DNA of 30,808 bases. It comes from an uncultured delta proteobacterium. GTDB taxonomy: Bacteria; Desulfobacterota; Desulfobacteria; Desulfobacterales; UBA2156. This document shows, one piece after another, positions 1 to 10,664 of this stretch. The DNA lies in the NCBI GenBank assembly GCA_963736855.1, contig CAVTQK010000018.1, positions 1 through 30,808 of the forward strand, written 5' to 3'. The notes below the pieces were generated by a model. That model saw only the letters and a program-made list of their open reading frames with translations, ran no database searches and was not told the DNA's origin. Numbering within the stretch: the stretch's first letter is position 1; each line of letters begins with the position of its first letter. The position numbers and the translations under genes are program-made.

Positions 1-946
1 CTTAAAATCATCGGCCTGGTGGCGCTTTTCATCGCACTTTTATTGCTGCCTTTTGTGTGGAGCAATCGGTTTTATATCAGCTTGATCACAGAAATGATGA
101 TTTTACTGGCTGCCTGCCATGAGCCTCGACGTGCTGTTGGGGTACACCGGGCTTCTCTCCTTCATGCATAATGCCTATCTGGGCATCGGAGCGTATGTGG
201 TGGTCGCTTCCTGATTCATGTATCACCCACATCGCTCTGGTTGGCGTGCCTGGTTGGCGTCGTTTTCACAGGATTAGTAGCCCTGCCGGTCGGGTGGATA
301 CAGGTGCGCACCGGCGGGCTTGCCTTCGCACTGCTGACGCTGGCCTTCGGAATGATGTTCTATACCGTCGTCTGGAAGTGGATGGACTCACAGGTGGAGA
401 TGACGGACTGATGGGTGTGCCGGTTCCCGATATTCAGCTTTTCCATGCCAGTTGGAGCACTGGCAATCCGACGCACATGTATATATTGACCTTGTTTGTG
501 GTCGTAATTCGGCTTCGCCCGCGACACGCCGAATTATAAGCTCCCCCTTTGGCGCCGTACTGGAAGCTATTCGCGAAAATGAGGAACGCGCGGCGTTTGT
601 CGGTATCAACGTCAGGCGTTACAAACTCTCAGGATGGATGCTGGCCTGCGTTCTGGCCGGAACAGCCGGCGCGCTTTATATTCTTTACAAAGGTTATATC
701 GGTCCTGTCACGATGAGCGCCTTTGCCGGCGCCGGGGTGTTGATGATGCTCCTTTTAGGCGGCATGGGAACGCTTTGGGGGCCCATCATCGGGGCGGGTA
801 TCTTCATCTATATTCAGGATTATATAAGCACCATGACCGAGCATTGGGAAATTTTCCTCGGTCTCGTGGTGATTTTTCTGGTTTTGTTCATGCCGACGGG
901 ATTTGTCGGCCTCGGCAACTTTTTCAAACGGCTGCGAAGGGGCTAA
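1..946 (+). CDS. livM: Branched-chain amino acid ABC transporter permease, LivM-type (5' partial, several frameshifts)
   Basis: Pieces in different frames: LKIIGLVALFIALLLLPF, MSLDVLLGYTGLLSFMHNAYLGIGAY, FALLTLAFGMMFY, TGGDDGLMGVP, then ORF 452..946 SPFGAVLEAIRENEERAAFVGINV...LLGGMGTLWGPIIGA. Directly upstream of LivG/LivF-type ATPases. Confidence 0.88.
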
Positions 947-955
947 TTCAATATC

Positions 956-1702
956 ATGGATGCGTTTTTATGCACTGATAAACTGTGTCGGCATTTCGGC
1001 GGGGTCATGGCAACGAATTGCGTGTGCATAGAATTTGAAAAAAATGGATTGAGGTCCATTATCGGTCCCAATGGCGCCGGTAAAACTACATTTATCAACA
1101 TCATTACCGGCCGAATACCAGCCAGCTCCGGGAAAGTGTATTTTCAAGGCGCTGAAATCACCAACAAGCCGACCCATGAACTGGTCAAAATAGGAATCTG
1201 CAGAACCTTTCAAATTACGAGTATCTTTAACAACCTGACCGTGTTTGAAAATGTGAGGATCGCCAAACAGGCTCGCTCCGGCGGTTCTTTGAGAATTTTT
1301 TCCGCCAAAAAGAGCCTGAAAAAAGTTGCGAGCGATACCTGGACGATTCTGGAGCGGCTTGGCCTTCAGGATCTGGCCGATATACCGGCCAAGAACATAG
1401 CCTACGGCGACCAGCGGATACTGGAGGTGGCCATCGCCCTATCCGGAAACCCGGAGATTCTCTTTCTGGATGAGCCCACGGCCGGTATGTCGCCAGCGGA
1501 AACCAATCATATCTCAGAGCTGATAAAGGGTCTTTCAAAGGAGATATCGGTCGTGCTGGTCGAGCACGACATGGAAATGGTCATGAGAATCTCGGATAAA
1601 ATCACCGTGCTGCATTATGGCAGCATCATAGCGGAGGGCGCGCCCGAAGAGATAAGGATGAACCAGTTAGTCAGGGAGGCCTATCTTGGAAAAGACGCAT
1701 AG
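956..1702 (+). CDS. livG: Branched-chain amino acid ABC transporter ATP-binding protein, LivG-type
   Basis: Walker A GPNGAGKTT, GICRTFQ, LFLDEPTAGMS, VEHDM, C-terminal VREAYLG. Confidence 0.93.
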   Translation: MDAFLCTDKLCRHFGGVMATNCVCIEFEKNGLRSIIGPNGAGKTTFINIITGRIPASSGKVYFQGAEITNKPTHELVKIGICRTFQITSIFNNLTVFENVRIAKQARSGGSLRIFSAKKSLKKVASDTWTILERLGLQDLADIPAKNIAYGDQRILEVAIALSGNPEILFLDEPTAGMSPAETNHISELIKGLSKEISVVLVEHDMEMVMRISDKITVLHYGSIIAEGAPEEIRMNQLVREAYLGKDA

Positions 1703-2410
1703 AATTCTTGAGATAGAAGATATTCACACCTATTACGGAGAAAGTCACGCCATTCAGGGACTCTCTTTATTCGTCAACGCGAACGAGGCCGTCTCAATTC
1801 TGGGTCGAAACGGTGTCGGCAAGACCACGACACTTAGATCCGTTATGGGACTCACGCCGCCGCGTCCGGATCGGTAACTATTGACGGCAAGAAAACCACC
1901 CGCTGGCCCGCGCACCGGGTATCCCGACTGGGAGTAGCCTATGTCCCCGCGGAACGGCACATCTTCTTCCCGGGCTGACCGTGGAAGAAAATCTGAAGAT
2001 TGCCTCGCGTCCCGGCAAGCGGGGGAGATCCCTGTACCCTGGAACGGGTGTATGAATATTTTCCGGTATTGGCCGACCGCACCAATCAGGATGGTTCGAC
2101 ACTCAGCGGCGGCGAGCAGCAAATGCTCGCGATCGGTCGGGCGCTTGTCAGTAATCCCAAGATTATTATTCTGGATGAGCCGTCCCAGGGGCTGTCCCCG
2201 CTGCTTGTGGAAGCGGTTACTGAAATTGTGAAGAATTATTGTGTCGGTTCGGGAATGACGCTGCTGATTGTGGAGCAAAATTACCGAATGGCCCTGAAAG
2301 TAGCCAGTCGACATTATTTAATGAGCACCAAGGGAAAAATTTCCGGTATCGCAACGACCAAGGAACTGATCGATAATCAGCAGATCATTCTTGATCATCT
2401 GGCGATATAA
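1686..2410 (+). CDS. livF: Branched-chain amino acid ABC transporter ATP-binding protein, LivF-type (frameshifted near 1870-2000)
   Basis: N-part ILEIEDIHTYYGESHAIQG...GRNGVGKTT (1686..1877); C-part TLSGGEQQMLAIGRAL...ILDEPSQGLSP...LIVEQN (2000..2410); middle GVAYVPAERHIF lies in another frame. Confidence 0.88.
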
Positions 2411-2460
2411 TTAAGCCGTAGCCGAAAGCAGGCGGCATAGGCTAAAAGGAGAGCGATGAA

Positions 2461-3477
2461 ATGAATTTAAAAGAACGTTTTATGAGACGCCTGGAGGGAA
2501 AGGAAGTTAGCGCTCCTGCAATGGTAGGATGTACGACGACATACGGTGTGGTTGAAATCATGAAGCTGTGCGGCGCCGAACGCCCGCTGGCAGACGTCGA
2601 TCCCGAAGCCATGGCCAAACTGGCCATCGCCGGGTATGAAATCGCAGGGTTCGAATGGGTCAAGGCCATGGGCTGGGATATCACCCCTATAAGTCAGGTG
2701 ATGGGCTGCACATTGGGTGAACCCAAGATCGATCTTCAATATTACATCAAGGAACATCCGCTTGCCGACAGCCTGGATGGGCTTGCGTATCCGGACAATA
2801 TCTTTGAAAAGGGGCGGTTTCCCGCCTATAAGAAGCAATTTGAAATATTGAAGAAACGTTTCGGTGAAGAACTGGTTGTTTTTGGTGAGAGTGAAGGGGC
2901 CTGGACCTGCGCCTGCAACCTGGTCGGTACCGAGAAGTTCATGAGATGGACTTTCAAGGAACAGGCCAAGGTACAACAAGTCATCGATGTTACTAAGGCA
3001 GTTACCATCGATGTAATCAACTGGGCATTTGATCAGGGGGCCGATTATTATTGTCTGGCCGAGCCTTCATCGGGACCGGCGCTGATGAGCCCCAAGACCT
3101 GGAAACAATTCGTTAAGCCCATGATGATCGAGATTTGTTCCAAGGCCAAGGGCCCAATAGTGTTGCATATTTGTGCCAACACTGACCTGATTGTTCCAAT
3201 GATGTGTGAAACCGGTGTTGCTGGAATCAGCATTGAAGAGAAAGCCGATATGAAAAAAGCCGTTGAGGCGGCGCATGCTAAAAACGTACGCGTTTTTGGT
3301 AATGTGGCGACGGCAACGACCCTGTTCATGGGCACTCAGGAAAAATGTTATGAGGAGTCGATAGCGAGCCTGGAAAACGGCACCGATTTCCTTACGCCGG
3401 GTTGTGGTGTTGCGCCGGGATCCCCCCTTGAAAACGTCAAACAGCTTAAAAAAGCCAGAGACGATTTTTTTAAATAA
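2461..3477 (+). CDS. MtaA/CmuA-family methylcobamide:thiol methyltransferase (uroporphyrinogen decarboxylase fold)
   Basis: 338 aa; M..KERF start, DPEAMAKLA, zinc-type motif LHICAN...TPGCGVAPGSPLENV, GNV; AGGAG RBS upstream. Confidence 0.82.
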   Translation: MNLKERFMRRLEGKEVSAPAMVGCTTTYGVVEIMKLCGAERPLADVDPEAMAKLAIAGYEIAGFEWVKAMGWDITPISQVMGCTLGEPKIDLQYYIKEHPLADSLDGLAYPDNIFEKGRFPAYKKQFEILKKRFGEELVVFGESEGAWTCACNLVGTEKFMRWTFKEQAKVQQVIDVTKAVTIDVINWAFDQGADYYCLAEPSSGPALMSPKTWKQFVKPMMIEICSKAKGPIVLHICANTDLIVPMMCETGVAGISIEEKADMKKAVEAAHAKNVRVFGNVATATTLFMGTQEKCYEESIASLENGTDFLTPGCGVAPGSPLENVKQLKKARDDFFK

Positions 3478-3530
3478 TTAAACATCAATTGAAAGGAAAC
3501 TCGTTTTAGGGGGAGAGATGACCACCGGCA

Positions 3531-4607
3531 ATGAACGGCATAACTGATAAAAAGTTGGTTTTTTTTGGATGCCCCCTGGACTGCGATGAACAATTCGATT
3601 CCATTCATGAAAAACTCAACGGCTTGTGGACAACGGGGAAAAGTGACGATCCTTTTGACGAGGTAATGAAGTTTATCCGTTCAGAAGTCCATCGGGATTT
3701 ATGGAGGGAGCTTGGTTCTGTGGATATCCCAACCTGGCTTCGCCCAAAACCCCGTGGTGAGGATCTTTTGAAGCTCAACACCGAAAGTTTTATCGCATTC
3801 ATTGATGATGACGGCTGCAGAAGAACAGCAGAGGACGTCGCAGGTATTGTCTCAAAAAAGATTCTGCCCGATATTCCCTGTATGATCGGAATAGATCACT
3901 CATTGACCGGAGGCGTGTATAAATCTTTAGCGGAATTTTACGGCAGGGACAATGTGTCGCTGATTGTCATTGACAGTCATACCGATGCCATTCCCATGTC
4001 GGTTCTTTCCGATGCCATTCAATACGATATTGAAACGAATCCCAGCTCTGTTCATGACCCCGGGGATCCTTTTTTATATAACCGTCCGGATTCGTACAAT
4101 GCCAGTTCCTTTATCCACCACATGGCGGCTGAAGGAATAATTGATCTGAAAAATCTCTATATTTTTGGTGTGAGCGACTATCCGGAAAAAAAGTCTTTCC
4201 GCATTAAAGATCCGCGTATTTCCAGATACACGGGCGTTTACGCGGAATTGAAACGCAGGGGATCCAAAATAATGACAAAAAAGGAGTTCGCGATGGCTCC
4301 ACAAAGGCTAAAGACGCTGTTGCAGATGATATCGACGCCTTATGTGTATATCTCAATTGATATGGACATTGGTGCGATGAGCGCTGTTGAGGGCGTCAGG
4401 TTTCGTAATTGGAAGGGCTTAGCGGAGTCTAAAATTTATAATCTTGTGGACACGCTTAAAATCCTGTTCACCCGGAAAATTCAACTGGCAGGAATGGATA
4501 TTATGGAAATTGACCAGAGAAGAGCCGGAGAATATTATCCTGCCGGGAAAGATCAAACCTTTAGAATCGCGGCAAATCTGATCAAGAAGATAGGGTTCGG
4601 CCTTTAA
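3531..4607 (+). CDS. Arginase/ureohydrolase family protein
   Basis: FFGCPLD start; metal-binding motifs GIDHS, IDSHTD and YISIDMD; GMDIMEID near the C-terminus. Confidence 0.8.
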   Translation: MNGITDKKLVFFGCPLDCDEQFDSIHEKLNGLWTTGKSDDPFDEVMKFIRSEVHRDLWRELGSVDIPTWLRPKPRGEDLLKLNTESFIAFIDDDGCRRTAEDVAGIVSKKILPDIPCMIGIDHSLTGGVYKSLAEFYGRDNVSLIVIDSHTDAIPMSVLSDAIQYDIETNPSSVHDPGDPFLYNRPDSYNASSFIHHMAAEGIIDLKNLYIFGVSDYPEKKSFRIKDPRISRYTGVYAELKRRGSKIMTKKEFAMAPQRLKTLLQMISTPYVYISIDMDIGAMSAVEGVRFRNWKGLAESKIYNLVDTLKILFTRKIQLAGMDIMEIDQRRAGEYYPAGKDQTFRIAANLIKKIGFGL

Positions 4608-4706
4608 AAAAAACTGCAAAGAAAGCAGCGAAGGATAAAAGTTGATTCCATAGAAAAATGCGTTTAGAAATAAATACTATGAATATAAAATGTTAAGGAG
4701 GTTTTA

Positions 4707-6302
4707 ATGTTGCCGGAAAAAGACGAAAATAGATATTTTGATGTTGAAGATGCCTCTGTAAAAAATCCCATAAAAAAACTGAAATATTTTATGGGCGGTA
4801 AATTTCACGTCTCTAAAACTGAAAAGTACATGGATTGCTTCAATCCCTCAACCGGTGAAGTAATTGCGCATGCTCCGCAATGTACTCAGTCTGAGGTTGA
4901 GTCCGCCATAGAGAGTGCAAAAAATGCGTACCCCGCCTGGTCGGAAACTCCTGTAAGCAAGAGGGTGCAGGTGTTGTACAAGTTTAAGGCTCTTGTTGAT
5001 GAGCACCTTGAGGAACTGACCTATCTTCTGTGCCAGGAGGAGGGCAAAAACTGGACGGAATCAATGGGTGACGTGTTAAAGGTGAATGAGGTGGTCGAGT
5101 TTGCCTGCGGGGCGCCCCATCTGATGAAAGGCGAGTCTCTGATGAATGCAAGTAAAGGGTATGATACGGTCCTGTACCATCATCCCATAGGCGTTTTTGC
5201 AGGAATCGCGCCATGGAATTTCCCGGCCATGATTCCCCACGGCTGGATGACTCCCATCTGCGTGGCCACCGGAAACTGCATGGTTCTCAAGGCGGCCAGT
5301 TTTGTGCCCCAGTCATCCCTGCGTCTTGCAGAGCTGTGGCGAGAAGCCGGGCTCCCAAACGGAGTGCTCAATATTGTAACTGCGGGACGTAATGAAGCTG
5401 AAATCTTTCTGAAACATCCGGATATTAAAGGAGTCTCTTTTGTCGGATCCACTGCTGTCGGCAAACACATCTATAAGACTGCAGCTGCCCACGGCAAGCG
5501 CGTTCAGGCTTTAACCGAAGCCAAAAACCATGCCCTTGTATTGCGGGATGCCAAGCTTGAAAGAACAGCAAGAGGCATCATCAATGCCTATTGCGGGTGC
5601 GCAGGCGCCAGATGCATGGCCTGCCCGGTAGTTGTTGTGGAAAATTGCATTGCTGATGAGCTCATCGGTTATCTCAAAAAGTTCGTTGCTGAGATGACTC
5701 TGGGGCCGGCCTATGATCCTGCAACCGGCATGGGTCCAATCATGAACGCCGGTCACAAGAAATTTATCACGGACTGGATTGAAAAAGGCATTGCAGAGGG
5801 AGCCAAACTAATTGTTGACGGCCGCAATCCGGTAGTGCCCGGCTACGAGAAAGGATTTTATCTGGCTCCTACGATTTTTGATCACGTTACAGAGAAAATG
5901 ACCATCGGAGACGAAGAGGTGTTCGGTCCGGTACTCTGCATCAAGAGAGTGGATTCCTTTGAGGAAGGTCTGACTTTGATGAACAAAAGCCGGTTTGCCA
6001 ACGGATCAGTGATATATACTCAAAACGGTCATTTTGCCCGTGAATTTGCAGCTCGTACGGATGCCGGAATGGTGGGCATCAATGTGGGGATTCCCGTACC
6101 TCTGGGAATTTTCGGTTTTACCGGTCACAAGAACTCATTCTTTGGCGATCTCCATGTCATGGGAAAAGATGGATTCTCATTCTTTACGGAATCCAAATGC
6201 GTGACCCACACCTGGTTTCCGGAAACCGAACAGGCAGTTTGCAAAGTTGATACCTGGGATGGGACCATCTCTTCCATGCCGGATAAACATAAGTTAAAAT
6301 AG
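4707..6302 (+). CDS. mmsA: CoA-acylating (methyl)malonate-semialdehyde dehydrogenase
   Basis: GIAPWNFPAMIP, VSFVGSTAVG, AKNH, catalytic GCAGARCMA, EEVFGPVL, GINVGIPVP, SFFGDLH; AAGGAGG RBS. Confidence 0.9.
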   Translation: MLPEKDENRYFDVEDASVKNPIKKLKYFMGGKFHVSKTEKYMDCFNPSTGEVIAHAPQCTQSEVESAIESAKNAYPAWSETPVSKRVQVLYKFKALVDEHLEELTYLLCQEEGKNWTESMGDVLKVNEVVEFACGAPHLMKGESLMNASKGYDTVLYHHPIGVFAGIAPWNFPAMIPHGWMTPICVATGNCMVLKAASFVPQSSLRLAELWREAGLPNGVLNIVTAGRNEAEIFLKHPDIKGVSFVGSTAVGKHIYKTAAAHGKRVQALTEAKNHALVLRDAKLERTARGIINAYCGCAGARCMACPVVVVENCIADELIGYLKKFVAEMTLGPAYDPATGMGPIMNAGHKKFITDWIEKGIAEGAKLIVDGRNPVVPGYEKGFYLAPTIFDHVTEKMTIGDEEVFGPVLCIKRVDSFEEGLTLMNKSRFANGSVIYTQNGHFAREFAARTDAGMVGINVGIPVPLGIFGFTGHKNSFFGDLHVMGKDGFSFFTESKCVTHTWFPETEQAVCKVDTWDGTISSMPDKHKLK

Positions 6303-6402
6303 CAGGATCATCTCCAATTAAAAATGAGATCTGAGTCGGATTGTCAGTAATTGCTTTGGAAAAGCTGTCAAATATCCCGAATGAATTACCGGAGACTTTG
6401 AT

Positions 6403-7930
6403 ATGCGTCATCTTATCACCGAGATACAAAGCCTGGGAATCAGGGTTCATAAGGATATCCAGGGACGAAAAGGTGGCGCAGGGCCGGCTGAAGGGAAATC
6501 TTTTCTTATAGGCGGCATACCGGTTAATGCGCCCATTGCCGGTCATTATGTCTCGCATTCTCCTTTCAGCCTGGAGGCCACGGATAGTTCCTATGTTCTT
6601 TTAAAGCATGGAAAAGTAGTTTCTTCACTGGAAGTGGTTCCTGACCCGGCATTCTACAGTCAATCCACACGAGATGGTGTCGGCTTCAGAAATATTGCCC
6701 TTCTCCACGGCAGGGATTGTCTGGCTACAACCGTTCTTCAACAATGCGTTCATTGGAAACAATTTAAAAAGTGCGGCTTCTGCTCCACGGAAACATCCCT
6801 GAGAAACAGGGAAACCATTGCGAGAAAATCACCGGAACAGCTTGCCGAAGTTGCCAGGGCCGCCTGGGATATGGATGGCGTATCTCATATGGTTTTAACT
6901 TCCGGCACGGGTGATCCGGCTGGAAGTGAAATCACGTATCTTGCCGATTGCGTTCGCGCAGTAAAGGCTGTTGTGGATATTCCGGTTCAGGTCCAATTTG
7001 CTCCTCCAAAGAATCTCGATCTTATTGATGCGTTAAAGGAAGCAGGTGTTGATGCCGTGGGCATCCATGTGGAAAGCTTTGATTTGAAAGTGCTTGCCCG
7101 TATTGCTCCTGCCAAAGCAGAAATCGGAATGAATCGATATGAAAGAGCATGGAAAAAAGCTGTTGAACTGTTTGGACCAAGCAGAGTAAGCAGTTTTCTG
7201 ATCGCCGGTCTGGGAGAATCTTCCGAATCCATTGCATGGGGCAGTGAATTCCTTGCAGATTTGGGAGTATACCCTTTTGTTGTTCCCCTGCGCCCCCTGC
7301 CCGGATCAACCCTTGAGAATGCCGTTCCGCCTGACCCGGAAACAATGAAGCGTATCTACGATGCAGTTGCTGTGATTCTCCAGAAAAAAGGGATTTCAAC
7401 TAAAGAGACATTGGCGGGATGTGTGCGATGCGGCGCATGTTCCGCGCTTGGCGCTTATGAAAAAAAAGAGTCCGGAATCATTTGTCACAGTGCTCGAAAT
7501 TCCCACGAACGGAATGAGGCCTTCAGAATCAGAAGACGAAGTGTTCGTTAATGAGCAAAGGATGTTCAACGATTCGGACAGGGATGAAAACGATTCGGAA
7601 GGCATCCTCCTGGTGGCAAAAACGGATGGCAGGATCATTGGAACTGTGAGGGTTTTTCCCGGAAAAGCCGGAAACGGGCACTGGATCGGAGGCAGGCTTG
7701 CAGTGCAAAAAGAGTATCGCACCGGTCGAACCGGATCACTCCTGGTCAAGGAGGCCATGAAACGGGTAAAGAAAAAAGGGTGCACAGTTTTTACGGCGGA
7801 AATCCAGGAAAGGAATGTCCAGTTTTTTAAAAAACTCGGCTGGAAGCCTATCGGGCAGGTTACAGAGCATTTTGGATTTCCCCATCAAACCATGCGAGCA
7901 GACTTGAGTCTTGTTCCAGGTGATTTATAA
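6403..7930 (+). CDS. MSMEG_0568/NitD-family radical SAM protein, probably fused to a C-terminal MSMEG_0567/NitE-type GNAT domain (one extra base near 7535)
   Basis: GRKGGAGPA, IALLHGRDCLATTVLQQC, CX8CX2C (CVHWKQFKKCGFC), GVYPFVVPLRP, AGCVRCGACS. The frame reads EAFRIRR and the other frame continues EVFVNEQRMFNDSDRDEND...GGRLAV; removing 1 nt gives one ~508 aa ORF. Confidence 0.82.
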
Positions 7931-7935
7931 CTGTT

Positions 7936-8929
7936 ATGGAAACAAGTTTAATCGATATCATTGAAGCGGTTAGAAATTATGTGGGGGTATTGCGCAAACA
8001 GCCCATAAAAAAAGTTGTTGAAAAATTGAAGCTTACCCATCAGTATGGTTCACAGCTCCCGAATTTTGGTGATGACGCTGCAGTTATTCCATGGAAAGGG
8101 GAGTATCTGCTTTTCGCTGCCGACGGCATGATGACAGGTCTGCTGATCAATGAGCCCTATGCAGCGGGCAAGGCTTCGGTAATGGTAACGGTGAATGACA
8201 TCTATTCCATGGGCGGAAGACCCATCGGAATGGTAAACGTTCTGGCAAGTGGTGATGAGGAACAGAGAGCCCTTATTGTGGAAGGTATTGAAAAAGGATG
8301 CCAAAAGCTCAGAGTTCCCATGCTCGGCGGACATCTTGCATCCTGATGCATCTCCTTCAGCTCCTTCACTGAGTGTGGCTATTTTAGGGTCTGCAAAAAA
8401 GCTTTTGAGATGCCATCTTGCCGAAGCCGGGGATGACCTTATTCTGGCCGTGGATCTGAATGGACAAAAGGGATGTCATTCCGTTGTCAGCTGGGATGCC
8501 AATTCGGGAAAAACCTCTGAAGAACTGCTGTACCGATTGGAAGCATTGCCTCTGATAGCCGAACAGGGGCTTTCGTGCGCCGCCAAGGATATCAGTAATG
8601 CCGGTATTATAGGCACGATCTCCATCATGCTTGAAAATTCCGGCAAAGGAGGATGTATCGATCTTGATGCTATTCCCAGGCCCTCCGAAATCGCTTTGAT
8701 TGACTGGCTCCGCTGTTTCCAGAGTTTTGGTTTTATTCTCTCAGTAAAACCTGAAAAATCAAAAGAAGTTCAGGCGATTTTTAGTAAAAGAATGATTTCT
8801 TCAAAAATCATCGGCAAGGTATCTGCGGAGCCGATAGTTACGCTGAAGCGGGAACAGGAGTCCATAATACTGTTCGATTTTCGAAAGGACAAAATTACCG
8901 GCATTCGCTACAATGGGATAGGAGGATGA
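7936..8929 (+). CDS. sll0787/NitF-type AIR-synthase-related protein (PurM/SelD superfamily; one extra base near 8337)
   Basis: FGDDAAVI, FAADG, VTVNDIYSMGGRP, MLGGH/LHPD across the indel, AAKDISNAGIIGT, FQSFGFILSV. Confidence 0.85.
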
Positions 8930-9903
8930 GAATGAAAAGATCGTTATTAACGATGCTTCTCCTTGCTCTGTTGGTAGTTGGCCCTCCAGCTCATTTTGCC
9001 GGGGCGTCCGAGCCGGCGATTCGTATGGCCGTGCTGCAAAGTGATATTCACCAACTGGCGTTCTGGGTGGCATTGGAAAAAGGCTTCTTTACAAAGAACG
9101 GCGTTTCCGTCGAAGTTGCGGGTGTATTCAAGGCAGGGCCGGAAATCATGACGGCATTTTCTGCCGGAGAGCTGGATATGGCCTATGTGGGGGAAGCCCC
9201 CGCAACGACCGCTGTTGCCAACAAGGCCGCCAGCGTGGTTGTGGTGGCCCAGGTCAACACCGAAGGCTCGGCCCTGGTGATAGCGAAAGACAACACCGCC
9301 ATCAAAAGCCTGGCTGATTTAAAGGGCAAAACGGTGGCTATACCGGGACATTCAACAGTTCAGGATTTTTTACTTCGAAAGGCGCTGAAAAATGCTGGGA
9401 TCAACCTTGCGTTGGTCAACATTATAGTGCTAAAGCCGCCGGAAATGATCAGCGCGCTTCGCACTGGACAGATCGATGCCTTTATTTCCTGGGAACCCCA
9501 TCCGTCCAAAGCCGCTACCATGGGCGTGGGGAAAAACCTGACAACATCCGGCAGCATGTGGCCGGGACATCCGTGTTGCGTGCTGGTGACCGATAAGGGA
9601 TTTATCGCCAAACAGCCGGAAAAAGTCCGGGCCGTCGTGGCAGCGCATGTTCAGGCAACAGATTACATTCACCGTAATGCCGAGGATGCGATTGCCATCG
9701 GCGTTAAATCCACGGGCATGGATGAGGCTACTGTTCGAATGGCTATGCAAAACGTTCACTTTACCTATGAATTGAACGTCGAGGGAGAAAAAGAATATGT
9801 CCGGTTTCTCTCGGAACTCGGCCTTATTCGGATCGAGAATCCGGACGGATTTGCGGATCAATTTCTTCAGCCGAAAACCTTACGGAACATCCTGCATAAA
9901 TGA
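8926..9903 (+). CDS. ABC transporter substrate-binding protein, SsuA/NitT/TauA type
   Basis: Signal peptide; FKAGPEIMTAFSAGELDMAYVG, DLKGKTVAIP, IDAFISWEP, HPCC; ATGA overlap with the upstream stop codon. Confidence 0.9.
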   Translation: MRMKRSLLTMLLLALLVVGPPAHFAGASEPAIRMAVLQSDIHQLAFWVALEKGFFTKNGVSVEVAGVFKAGPEIMTAFSAGELDMAYVGEAPATTAVANKAASVVVVAQVNTEGSALVIAKDNTAIKSLADLKGKTVAIPGHSTVQDFLLRKALKNAGINLALVNIIVLKPPEMISALRTGQIDAFISWEPHPSKAATMGVGKNLTTSGSMWPGHPCCVLVTDKGFIAKQPEKVRAVVAAHVQATDYIHRNAEDAIAIGVKSTGMDEATVRMAMQNVHFTYELNVEGEKEYVRFLSELGLIRIENPDGFADQFLQPKTLRNILHK

Positions 9904-10655
9904 AAGGCAAGCGGATTATACCGACCATCGTGTTGCTGCTGGTGTGGCAGCTTCTGTGCGCCACCGGCGTGATACCGGCATTTAAACTGCCCTCACCGGT
10001 TCAGGTGGCGGCCGGTCTGGCGGATCTGATTTTTACGGGAATGCCTCCGGGGCATCCGTTGCATCTGCATGTTTACTACAGCCTGCAACGCGTTCTATTG
10101 GGGTATGTGCTGGCGCTGGCGACTGCCGTTCCCCTGGGACTTCTCATGGGATGGTCCAGAACCGTTTGCGCCATGATCGAGCCGTTGGTGGAAATCGTGC
10201 GCCCAATCCCTCCGCTGGCCTGGATTCCTCTTTCCATCCTCTGGTTCGGCATCGGTATCAAATCCGCGGCTTTTATTATCTTCCTAGGCGCTTTTTTCCC
10301 GATTCTCCTGAACACTATCAATGGGGTTCGCGGAATTGAACCGGTGCTTATCGAGGCGGCCAGAATGCTCAATGCCGGTCGGAGGTTTTTCTTTCTCAAT
10401 GTTCTCGTACCCGGCGCCATGCCCTCCATATTGACCGGCATGCGCATCGGTATCGGCGTGGGGTGGATGTCGCTGGTGGCGGCCGAATTTACCGGCGTCA
10501 AGCAGGGCTTTGGTTTGGGCTACATGATCATGACGGCACGCGACATTCAACGTTCTGATGAGATCATCGCCGGCATGCTCGTTATCGGCGCGATCGGCCT
10601 TGGAATTGACATCTGTCTGCAACTGGCCGAAAGGCATCTGATCCGGTGGCGATAA
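9900..10655 (+). CDS. ABC transporter permease, SsuC/TauC type
   Basis: RPIPPLAWIPL, LIEAARML, LVAAE; hydrophobic helices; ATGA overlap. Confidence 0.92.
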   Translation: MKGKRIIPTIVLLLVWQLLCATGVIPAFKLPSPVQVAAGLADLIFTGMPPGHPLHLHVYYSLQRVLLGYVLALATAVPLGLLMGWSRTVCAMIEPLVEIVRPIPPLAWIPLSILWFGIGIKSAAFIIFLGAFFPILLNTINGVRGIEPVLIEAARMLNAGRRFFFLNVLVPGAMPSILTGMRIGIGVGWMSLVAAEFTGVKQGFGLGYMIMTARDIQRSDEIIAGMLVIGAIGLGIDICLQLAERHLIRWR

Positions 10656-10664
10656 TGGAAGCTT

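Noticed and set aside
2461..3477. Uroporphyrinogen decarboxylase (hemE) or evidence of methanogenesis
   Set aside because: The HxC...C zinc motif fits MtaA-type methyltransferases; no tetrapyrrole or mcr genes are present and the context is bacterial.
7421..7930. Stand-alone GNAT starting at GTG 7421
   Set aside because: Its first ~38 aa are an off-frame reading of the radical SAM gene; the true GNAT start lies in the radical SAM frame.
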